A DNA stretch of 64,000 nucleotides from Obrimoposthia wandeli (lineage: Eukaryota). Of the stretch, positions 41,860 to 51,381 are shown one piece after another. The notes below the pieces were generated by a model. The model had not been told where the DNA came from and ran no database searches. It was given only the letters and a program-made list of their open reading frames with translations. The translations under genes were made by a program, and so were the position numbers. The DNA is taken from positions 1 to 64,000 of the forward strand of contig CDROCS010000650.1 in assembly GCA_977020255.1 (NCBI GenBank). The letters are read 5' to 3'. Each line of letters starts with the position of its first letter. Position 1 is the first letter of the stretch.

Positions 41860-43930
41860 TCACAAATTTTTTGAATTTAAACAAGAAAACAAATAAAATA
41901 TTTTTGAATTTATTATGCATTTCAAACAATATTTATATGGAACATAATTTTTTGCCAAAACAGATCATTCATCATTAGAATTTTAAGAACGACGAAAACA
42001 CCATTCAATCCTCAATTTCAAACATTTCTCGAAAATTTATTAGAATTTCATTTTAAGTTATAACATTGTAAAGGTATTGACCATGGTAATTCCGATGGTA
42101 TGTCAAGATTGAATTAAACAGTCTGTCCTCAGTGTGAAACTAGACATAGACGCACAAGAGAAGTTATCTAGAATACGATATACTCACTCACTAAATGAAG
42201 ACAACTTCTTGACTAAAATAAGAAAAATACAACAAGATATTCACTTGAAAGAAATGAAAATTTTACTTTGAAATTAGAAAGTAAAGATTTGTCAGAAGAA
42301 TACAAAATAAATTAAATTTATCAGATATAAACTTAAACTCTGCAATGATATCCTTTATTTTGAACAAACCTTCACAGATTTAATTGTCATACCTCCAAAG
42401 AACGCTAATGAAATTCACCAATATCTTTGTCACCTAAGAATGCAAAACGTTTATGAAACTATATGAAGAAAGGAATATCAAAAAATAAATATAGGTTGAA
42501 ATTAATCAATCGATTTAGAAGACTGGTATCACATCACCAATAACAAAAGATAATGAAATAACAATTACTAAATCACTCGATAAAAATTGTATATATAAAT
42601 TCTGGAAATCTAAGAGCATTTTAACATATATAGAGTGAATATTTACAGGGGAAATTATTTTCAGAATTGACTACGAAAATTTTGTATTGAACAGGAGCTT
42701 ACAGCACCTTATCAACATCAAGCTAACGGTATAGCAGAAAATGTTATACACACGGTAAGCAATATGGTTGTCACGACAATAGCGTATACTAAAACAAGAA
42801 AATGTTTGCACGATTTATTGCCATAAATTGAATTTTTTATAAATCTAACAGTAAATAGCTTTTAAAACATTCACCGTTGGAGATCTTTTATGAAAGAAAA
42901 AAAATCCTAGCATCAAGTGCAACAACAAACAATAATGAAGATATCATTCAAGATGTAAGGCATAACGAACAAATTGCAGGTGAAAAGTTAAAGAAGTTAG
43001 ATTATGAAAGAAGAGTCGAAAGGATATTTGAAGTAAATAAAAATGTGCTTGTTAAAAAGGGACTCAATTAAAAGAAACAAGAAAATGACAAAGAAAATAT
43101 CCGAGATGAAGAAGCGGATATAGATGCCGTAAAAATGCCCATAAATGATTTTAGGAAGATAAAGTGCTGAGCAATGATTGAAAAACAATATGTTGATACA
43201 CATTTGTATGTGATAGAAGATTGTGCATATAAATTCTATTTTGGGAATAGGTGTAATGTCAAAACTAAAGAATGAGCTAATTTAATATCACAGAGGATCA
43301 AGTACTATCTAAGAATGTTACAGTATTAAATATAGAAGATGAAATAATATGTAACTATATACCCAAAGAAAGATAGTATGGTAAAAGGAAAGACGAGATG
43401 AAGCAAACGCATTGTTTGAGACAAAAATACAATTGTGTTATAACAGTTTAAGAGTAGTTTAAAGTCTCAAAAAAGTAAAGGAAACTGCATTAATAACATA
43501 ATATTCAATTTTGTACCAGATTACATTAAGATCAAGAATTAAAATGAGAAAAAGAATCAAAGAAATTTCTTGGAAAGAACTGTGTTTAATACTAAAAGAA
43601 AATGTTAAATATATATATATATATAAGAGAGACGGTACAGTTAGAATATCATGAGACTAAGAAAGTAGCTAAAAGATTATATCAGTTACTTAACCATATC
43701 AAAAGGTGGAAGTTCAGGCATAATTCTATTGATAAATAAACAGCAGTCATTTTTGTGCTGAGGATATATATAGATCATTATTGAGCAATACAAGCATACC
43801 ACACAATCACATATTCACCAGCATACATATTACCTAAAGACCCGTAGGTCTGTAAACCAGATTACACAATCCATTACAGTACTGATAAATAAAAGTAAAC
43901 CAACTAATTAAATAAAACAAAAATATAACG
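41860..43930 (+). mobile_element. Degenerate small Ty3/gypsy element (RNase H, integrase, probable LTR from 43603)
   Basis: HFKQYLYG..KTDHSSLEF, KGIDHGNSDGMSR, EIHQYLCH, TAPYQHQANGIAE and HSPLEIFY, all with stops. A purine run precedes TGTTAAAT at 43603. Confidence 0.8.
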
Positions 43931-44562
43931 AATTATAAACTGAAAGACACTTGTAAAGCACTACTCCAAAAGATGGAAGAAGCAAAAACAATCAAACCTA
44001 TATGTAAACTAAGGAATACATTTGAAATATATTCGAAAATCAAACAACAGCAACACTGAGATAAATAAAGTTACTTTTGTTGGGGTTTCTATACGAAACT
44101 TGGTACAGATCCTCTTGAATGCGGAGGGCCCCAACGTGAGTTCGATTAGAAGCAGGTCTTAAAGTTGGTCGTGGCCTACTTAGTTTTATGGTTGCCTAAT
44201 CTCTTGTACTATCTGAAGGTATTTTATTTGATGTCTCTTAGTCTGAAGGGTGCAAAAACAACTTGTTCTAATGTAGGAAATTGTTTATTTGTAATTCACG
44301 TAACTAACACCACAATACGTTTATGTACGTATTTCTAAAAAGTATGATAAAATTCCTAAAGGACTTCTGTAAGTCTCTACAAGAAGTGGGGATGAACCAC
44401 GTATCGATTTTACGTTCAGGTGATTAAGCTTTTAGGTTTATTCTTCTTACTTAGGTTGGTTAATCTATAACGCAACTCTCTTGAAGTTCTTCGCTCCTAC
44501 TTCTGATTTCTAGATAAAGTTTCTTGATTCCTTAACTCTATCTGCTGTGTGTTTGACCCCGA

Positions 44563-44992
44563 ATTGTCCACTGTGAACAATGGGTCTCCTAAAAACCTAA
44601 TTGTCAAGACGACAATAAAACTTACTCCTAATTGTCAACTATGGACAATGAACGAGCCGAATTGTCAGCTAGGGACAATGAGTCTTACCGAATTGTCAAC
44701 TAGGGACAATGAGTGTTTATCCGAATTGTCAACTAGGGACAATGAATGAACCTAATTGTCAGCTAGGGACAATGAATCTTACGGGCAAAAAGTCTGGGTA
44801 TGATTCCTAATTGTCGCTGGGGACAATGAATAAATGGCTGATCTTAATTACCAACTAGGGGCAATGATTTTGTTAAAGAGTCGGAAATCCTAATTGCCAG
44901 CTAGGGGCAATGAATATGTTTAAAATATGTTACACAACCTAATTGCCAACAAGGGGCAATGAATTTATCCTAATTGCCAACTAGGGGCAATG
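44563..44992. repeat. About 12 copies of a palindromic unit ATTG(T/C)C-N5-7-G(A/G)CAATG with short variable spacers
   Basis: Read directly, e.g. ATTGTC AACTAGG GACAAT and ATTGCC AACTAGG GGCAAT. Confidence 0.9.
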
Positions 44993-45095
44993 AATGGTTT
45001 AGTTGGTGTTCTTACCAGTTACTGCGACTAGTGGGACGTCCGATGCAGGATCCGTAGGTAGTTTGTTGCGGAATCGTCTTCGAATGGTTTGGAAT

Positions 45096-45985
45096 TGAAC
45101 AATTAATTCGACTTTTGGAATTGCACAATTAATTCGACTTTTGGAATTTCAATTAATTCAACGTTCACTTTTATAAGTTTGGACTTGCACAATTAATTCG
45201 ACTTTTGGAATTTCAATTAATTCAACGTTCCCTTTTATAAGTTTGGACTTGCACAATTAATTCGACTTTTGGAATTTCAATTAATTCAACGTTCACTTTA
45301 TAAGTTTGGACTTGCACAATTAATTCGACTTTTGGAATTTCAATTAATTCAACGTTCACTTTATAAGTTTGGACTTGCACAATTAATTCGACTTTTGGAA
45401 TTTCAATTAATTCAACGTTCACTTTATAAGTTTGGACTTGCACAATTAATTCGACTTTTGGAATTTCAATTAATTCAACGTTCACTTTTATAAGTTTGAA
45501 CTTGCACAATTAATTCGACTTTTGGAATTTCAATTAATTCAACGTTCACTTTATAAGTTTGGACTTGCACAATTAATTCGACTTTTGGAATTTCAATTAA
45601 TTCAACGTTCACTTTATAAGTTTGGACTTGCACAATTAATTCGACTTTTGGAATTTCAATTAATTCAACGTTCACTTTTATAAGTTTGGACTTGCACAAT
45701 TAATTCGACTTTTGGAATTTCAATTAATTCAACGTTCACTTTATAAGTTTGGACTTGCACAATTAATTCGACTTTTGGAATTTCAATTAATTCAACGTTC
45801 ACTTTATAAGTTTGGACTTGCACAATTAATTCGACTTTTGGAATTTCAATTAATTCAACGTTCACTTTTATAAGTTTGGACTTGCACAATTAATTCGACT
45901 TTTGGAATTTCAATTAATTCAACGTTCACTTTATAAGTTTGGACTTGCACAATTAATTCGACTTTTGGAATTTCAATTAATTCAA
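45096..45985. repeat. About 14 near-identical copies of a 63/64-bp tandem repeat
   Basis: Unit TTATAAGTTTGGACTTGCACAATTAATTCGACTTTTGGAATTTCAATTAATTCAACGTTCACT. Confidence 0.97.
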
Positions 45986-46094
45986 TTGATCTAAACACAA
46001 GTTACTTTAATACTGACCAAAACCACCAAAACTTCACCTGTCGAGGGGATTGCTGCTTCCTGTCTCGTTCTGGTTTTCGGCGTTGTTTGGTGAG

Positions 46095-46287
46095 CGACTA
46101 TGACTTATATAGTCGATTTTCAACTCCTCTTCTTAACAGCTGAAAATGAATTTTAGCTCACTGCACGAAAAATGTGCTTACCTTATTTGACGTTCTTGTC
46201 AATCAACTCTTGAGTGCGAAAGAGCAGACAGAAATATGGAGCAGCTGAAAATGAATTTTAGCTTACTGCACGAAATTGTGCTTACCT
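46095..46287 (-). promoter_or_regulatory. Putative LTR promoter: TATA box inside a small inverted repeat, plus a duplicated 46-bp enhancer-like block
   Basis: Minus-strand TATATAAG at 46104-46111, within CGACTAT/ATAGTCG (46095-46115). Direct repeat CAGCTGAAAATGAATTTTAGCT.ACTGCACGAAA.TGTGCTTACCT at 46137 and 46242. Confidence 0.55.
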
Positions 46288-46849
46288 CGTTGAATTCCTT
46301 GATTGACGTTTTTAATTGACTTCTTAATTTAATGACTTTTTCCTTAATTAATTTTTTGTCCTTTTGGTTAATTAACTCTAAACTTATATACACCTCACAC
46401 CATACACGACCTTCGTGGTCCTCCTAATTTTTACCCTAAATTCCACTAATTTTAATTTTAAAACTAAAATTAATATTTTAATTTAATTTTCAACCTTGCT
46501 TTCAAGGATTTTTATTTTAGTATTTAATCGACTAAAATATTTAATTTTCTTAATTCTCAAACCTAACATACCTCGGGGGTTCCAAAAAAGTTACGTCCCC
46601 GGAACGTATCGATTTTACTTAACAAGCCTTTGGCTGTTGATTTTAGGTTCATCCCTACAAAATCAATCATTCAACTTCAACAAACATGCCCAAAACAAAA
46701 TTTCTCAAAATCCCGGTTTTTAGTGGGAACATAATATATAATTTGGAGCAAGTCTCAAACCATACATTATTACTTATACACAACTAAAAATTTACACACA
46801 AAATTACATGCATAACTAAGGATTAGGAAGGAAAGAAGGGAGGAAAGGA

Positions 46850-47380
46850 TCAATTGTCATATGTCAGGTCAATTGTAATTGTCGGCTGGTTCCGACTGGC
46901 CAGGTAGCGCAGGACCTGCTCCAGGGGTAGGTCGGGAAAGGACGGACTGTCCCCGTTGTACAGGTGTAGTTGTTGGCTCCGGGTTAGGTGTGGACTCTCG
47001 ATGAACAGGTCGAAATGCTGCCCGTTCATGGCGTGATTTTCTATCCAGTGACGTCTGGCCTGGAACCACGAGTGGCAGTCTCGACTAGACCGCCATCTCT
47101 CGCGGATGCCCAGTTGTGTGTCGCGCCGGCGTGCGAGACACACGTAGCATTGGCAATGTATGCCACCAATGCAGCTGGCAGGCGATCGGGTGCCCTTGTG
47201 CCTTCCACGGCTCTGGAGCGTCCATTTGGCAAAGGGTGTCCGGCACAGTGGACATGTGATATGGCCGGGGGGTCGAGCCTTGGCCCACAAATAGAGGCAC
47301 TCCTCATGGAATTTGTGACGGCAGCCGACAGGGGATGCTGATACCGCCCAAATCTTCTCCATGCATACAGAACACTTCAT
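46850..47380 (-). CDS. RING-H2 protein C (putative E3 ligase) with C-terminal extension
   Basis: CSVC..CRHKFHEEC..CPLC (C3H2C3), then CIGGIHCQCYVC. The likely ATG is at 47380. Confidence 0.8.
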   Translation of the reverse strand: MKCSVCMEKIWAVSASPVGCRHKFHEECLYLWAKARPPGHITCPLCRTPFAKWTLQSRGRHKGTRSPASCIGGIHCQCYVCLARRRDTQLGIRERWRSSRDCHSWFQARRHWIENHAMNGQHFDLFIESPHLTRSQQLHLYNGDSPSFPDLPLEQVLRYLASRNQPTITIDLTYDN

Positions 47381-47721
47381 CTGCATAAGAAAATAACTCC
47401 TTTCAATTCGGGGTTCACCGTTCTCATTGTTAATTTAAATTTTATTTCACAACGAATCCTTAGTTATCTAATCCTACCGAGTTTTGTTTCGATTTTAGGC
47501 ATGTTTACGCATTCACACTAAGCATAAAAAATTGTCTTTTTTAGAAATTCAGTATAATAATTACAATTTCAGTTAAACATCATACATAAAAATGGTAATG
47601 GTCAATTTACAGTTCACAAGATTATATAATTATGATTACAATTATGGTAGCTAATTTATCGCGGTATGCGATACACAGGGTAGTTCATGATGTCACGTTC
47701 AAGTCAGAAAGTTACCTTCGA

Positions 47722-48027
47722 TTATTGTTGGGGATTGGGCTGGCCTGTGCTTCGCTCCTCCACGCAGAACGAGCACCAGCAATCGCAGATGGTTTTCCAG
47801 CAGTGTACGATGGGTACCACTGCTTGGAGGCTGTCTTGGTTGTACACGTAGTGTACTGAGAAGGTCGCTCTGCACATCGGGCAGGTTGGGAAATCGAGGG
47901 GATTGTTGCTGTTGGCAATGGGGATCCACGTCTCGAGGCATTCGACGTGGAAGAGGTGGTCGCAGTTGTTGGGCTTGGTGTAGAAGTCCACGATGCTCTC
48001 GTAGCAGATGGAACATTCTCCAGACAT
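47722..48027 (-). CDS. RING-H2 protein B
   Basis: CSIC..CDHLFHVEC..CPMC, then CWKTICDCWCSFC. Confidence 0.85.
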   Translation of the reverse strand: MSGECSICYESIVDFYTKPNNCDHLFHVECLETWIPIANSNNPLDFPTCPMCRATFSVHYVYNQDSLQAVVPIVHCWKTICDCWCSFCVEERSTGQPNPQQ

Positions 48028-48087
48028 TACTGTGGGAGGATTGATGTTGAATTTGGGCTCGATTGAGGACTGGTGGTTGTGTGATGT

Positions 48088-48387
48088 TTACACAAAAGTG
48101 GTCTGATTTTGTCGATCTGACAAACAGTAATAACACCAACACTCTCCGAAATTCTTCCAACAGAATACCACCTGTACATATACATCCTCTTGGTTGGGTT
48201 CTAACATGATGAATCTTGCGAATTGTCTTCTGCATACAGGGCAACAAGGGTATGTTGGATGTCCGAACTGTCCATAAGTTCTGATCCATGTCGATAAACA
48301 TTCCTCGTGGTGTAAATGGTTGCAGGTTTCGGGTCTTGTTCTTCGTTCGGTTAGATCTTCCAAACATATTGGGCATTCTTCGGACAT
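48088..48387 (-). CDS. RING-H2 protein A
   Basis: CPIC..CNHLHHEEC..CPVC, then CWKNFGECWCYYC. The likely ATG is at 48387. Confidence 0.85.
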   Translation of the reverse strand: MSEECPICLEDLTERRTRPETCNHLHHEECLSTWIRTYGQFGHPTYPCCPVCRRQFARFIMLEPNQEDVYVQVVFCWKNFGECWCYYCLSDRQNQTTFV

Positions 48388-48510
48388 TCTAAATACATGA
48401 TGATGATTAATTTCTACATGAGTTTTATATATTTCTACTATTTGTACAATCACTTCTAGATATTTCTACATATTTCACACACTAATTTATCTACAACCTC
48501 CTCTGACTCA

Positions 48511-51381
48511 TCATATCTTGATGGGAGGCGGAGGTAAGTCTAATTCCACTTCCTCCATGATGGGTGTGTCACAGCATCGCAATCTTTCGCATTTTCGTCG
48601 TATTCCTGGGCATACTTGACTGCCTTTTACGCACACGATTGTCAATAGAACCACTGCTGTTGACACTACGGCCATTCCAATTAGGGCATTGACCGCTGTT
48701 ATTCCGCTGTCTGATGCTTTATAATCATACTTCATTTTGTTATTTGTTGGTTCGAATGACATTTCCATGGGTTTTGATCGGTTTCCATGTATTATGTCCG
48801 ATTTTCTAAAAATTCGGGGGTTTGGGTGTTTTGTTTCTGATGGAACAGGTATTATTATTTTGGATTGGAAATGATGTTTGGGATCTAGTGGGATCGTTCC
48901 CCTCACTCTTGTCCTCTTAATAATTGTACTTTGGTTTCTGGAATTGGACTCTTTTTCTTTCGCTTCTGTCTTTGTTTTGATCACTGTCGGTTTCTTGGAA
49001 TGTCGTTTACTTTCGTTTACTTTTGCCTTCTTTCTGGCTAGGATTGGTCTTTTGGGAATGATTTTCCTGGGTTTGATACTTATACCGTATCTACGAAATC
49101 GACGGTTCTGGTATCTTAGAGTTATGTAGAATATTTCACCTGTTATTATCATGATTATGGTCGAGGTCTCTGTAGAATTACTGGCAATTCGATTACACAG
49201 ACATTCTGTGTTAAAATGTGGTACTAACATTTGGCTTTGGATTTCGAATCTGATTCCGCCATCTGGGTTGGGACACATTACTGTCACGCTGTCGGTTTCT
49301 AGCAATCTGAAAAATATCCTAACGGAATTCCATACGGCTTTACGTCGTCTACCTGTGATCATAATCCTGTCGACAATTTTCCAGATGCGCTCATCTCTAG
49401 GCAATATTAATGACTTTGTTCGGATACTTTGGATAATCCGCTTCCTTTTTGATATTGTTATCCGTAGGTATAACACTCTTTCATGATACAATAATATTAA
49501 ATTGTAAACGGGTGTATTTTGGTCGATTTTTATTCTGACCTGTCGGATGACATACAATTTCTGATCGATATTGTCAGTTGCTGACGTCTGTAGATGAATG
49601 TCTACTACGTGATTTGTTTTTAGTAGGGGAATTTCTATGTATACTGCCCGTATTACGTCTTGTCTCCATTTACTGATCATGATCTCATAACTAGCCTTGG
49701 TAGTGGTGATTTGTACGATCAGCATGATTCCTATGATCGTTCGATTCCTAAACTCAGGAACTTCAATGAAACAAGTCAAATTACTCATATAGTACGGTCT
49801 TTCCTCGATGTGTTCATATATCGTTGGCTGGTACTCTGGTGCTGGTACATCTAGAAATGGTGGTCTTGGTATAATTGTGTTAAATTTTTGTAAGTTCATT
49901 TGACCTGTTCGTCTTGCGAGATCATGACGTTTCTTTTTTGATCTCAATTCTAACTTTGTACAACAAAACAAGATAAGTAATATTAATATTATAAATCCAA
50001 TGATCAGTGCGAGTATTGGATTAATCAATTCAAGAATACCATAACGTACTGCTGGTATTCCTTTACTCTTGATGGTTAATATTTTAAATTTGTGTGCACT
50101 TTGGTTGGACATGTCACTGAGAAGCACTATTTTAGTTTGTCCAAATATGTAGTCTTCACATGTGACAACACTAACTCCATAATGTCCGTTAAGTGTTATC
50201 ATTTCGGTCGCTGGGACTATACACATTCGTCCTGGACATCCTTTTACACACATGATCATCACGGCTCTACTGTGGGATGTCTTGATTATTTCTAGGGTGT
50301 TGTCTAGATTTCTCAAATGTAAATTATAGTCGGATAGTGTCATCAATTCGGCTTTACTGGTTGGCATGGCTTGCAGTACCAATCCAATTACTACTCCATA
50401 AATCAATCCTTGTGCAACGGTGCATAAGGCCTTGACTGACCTTTTGCAAAGGGTTTTAATTATCAATCGTTTGAGAGATATCTGTTTCTGATTAGATCGT
50501 TTTGTTATCTGTCGTTGTTTTGACATCTCCTTGATTCCATTTCTTCCGATAATTAACTGTACCGGTTTACCTTGTATCGTCAACTTTCCGAATCCATTTT
50601 TGGCGGACAAGCATGTTTTATGTCCTTCCATTGTTTCAATTATCACTCTCTTACTTCCATATTCACGTGTTTTGATGACATCGCCGTTGAATATATACGT
50701 TGGTCCTTTTGTATCAGCATCTTTTTGTATTTCCTTTACAACTCGTTTTCTCCGCTTGCATCCGACGAATGTTGTTGATATTCGGTCAAGTGTGTGCTGT
50801 CGGTCAGCTTCGTAATCTATTCGGAATTGATTCAGTATTCTGTTTTGTGGGTAAAATATCGCTTCATTTACTATGTTGTCTTCGATCCTTTCGTCTAGAT
50901 ACACAAGCACTTTGTTTGTTGATCCATTTGGTCTTTTCATCTTTACAAACTGAAATCTTTTACTGTCGGTTCTCATAGATCGAAGACATTTTCGGATGAT
51001 CCACACATCAATTAGTCCTAACAACACTAATAGCATCATCAGTGCCGGCGTATGGTACTGTATGGTGTAATTGTGGATTTCGTTGAACCAGGAACTATTT
51101 CCGTGGTTGGAGCCTATCTCCTGTGCTACCGTTATCGGCATTAAACAACTTAACAAGCCTATCGCTAGCAATCTTTGGTATTGAAAGCTTGGCACTGTTG
51201 TTGTAGCTTCATTTGTTTCTCGTTGTTGCTTCCTCTTTTCGGTGTATTTCTCTATTTCTCGAACGAGTAACGGTTTGAATTCCGTATTCGGTCTATTCTG
51301 TTTGATGTAGACCATCGCTTCTTCTGGCGTGTGACCATGGTACTCTACCAACAAGGATACACCTATGGTAGGCGCTAACAT
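48511..51381 (-). CDS. Polyprotein segment: end of the pseudo-phosphatase, then three predicted signal-peptide/TM membrane proteins of unknown function
   Basis: Hydrophobic segments end TVA|Q, SKA|E and TKA|S. TM helices LMMLLVLLGLIDVWII, ILALIIGFIILILLILFCC and LIGMAVVSTAVVLLTIVCV. Confidence 0.7.
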   Translation of the reverse strand: MLAPTIGVSLLVEYHGHTPEEAMVYIKQNRPNTEFKPLLVREIEKYTEKRKQQRETNEATTTVPSFQYQRLLAIGLLSCLMPITVAQEIGSNHGNSSWFNEIHNYTIQYHTPALMMLLVLLGLIDVWIIRKCLRSMRTDSKRFQFVKMKRPNGSTNKVLVYLDERIEDNIVNEAIFYPQNRILNQFRIDYEADRQHTLDRISTTFVGCKRRKRVVKEIQKDADTKGPTYIFNGDVIKTREYGSKRVIIETMEGHKTCLSAKNGFGKLTIQGKPVQLIIGRNGIKEMSKQRQITKRSNQKQISLKRLIIKTLCKRSVKALCTVAQGLIYGVVIGLVLQAMPTSKAELMTLSDYNLHLRNLDNTLEIIKTSHSRAVMIMCVKGCPGRMCIVPATEMITLNGHYGVSVVTCEDYIFGQTKIVLLSDMSNQSAHKFKILTIKSKGIPAVRYGILELINPILALIIGFIILILLILFCCTKLELRSKKKRHDLARRTGQMNLQKFNTIIPRPPFLDVPAPEYQPTIYEHIEERPYYMSNLTCFIEVPEFRNRTIIGIMLIVQITTTKASYEIMISKWRQDVIRAVYIEIPLLKTNHVVDIHLQTSATDNIDQKLYVIRQVRIKIDQNTPVYNLILLYHERVLYLRITISKRKRIIQSIRTKSLILPRDERIWKIVDRIMITGRRRKAVWNSVRIFFRLLETDSVTVMCPNPDGGIRFEIQSQMLVPHFNTECLCNRIASNSTETSTIIMIITGEIFYITLRYQNRRFRRYGISIKPRKIIPKRPILARKKAKVNESKRHSKKPTVIKTKTEAKEKESNSRNQSTIIKRTRVRGTIPLDPKHHFQSKIIIPVPSETKHPNPRIFRKSDIIHGNRSKPMEMSFEPTNNKMKYDYKASDSGITAVNALIGMAVVSTAVVLLTIVCVKGSQVCPGIRRKCERLRCCDTPIMEEVELDLPPPPIKI

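Larger units (their letters stand above)
44078..46568 (-). repeat. 3' LTR of the giant element, ~2.49 kb
   Basis: Ends TGTTGGGGTT (44078) and AAACCTAACA (46559-46568; reverse complement TGTTAGGTTT) form an 8/10 terminal inverted repeat with TG...CA. Composition shifts at 44078, and a TATA box and repeat arrays lie inside. The second LTR is not in the window to confirm this. Confidence 0.7.

Noticed and set aside
44743-44750. CIC consensus site TGAATGAA in the LTR, and a possible DSP-ERK-CIC link with the neighbouring gene
   Set aside because: A single AT-rich 8-mer is expected by chance, and adjacency of a mobile element to cic implies no functional coupling.
44563-44992. CRISPR-like look (palindromic repeats with variable spacers)
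   Set aside because: Eukaryotic LTR context, no cas genes, and the spacers are short, irregular and related to each other.
45222-45889. ORFs with repeated KVNVELIEIPKVELIVQVQTY
   Set aside because: They are translations of the 63-bp array with non-ATG starts, broken at each 64-bp unit.
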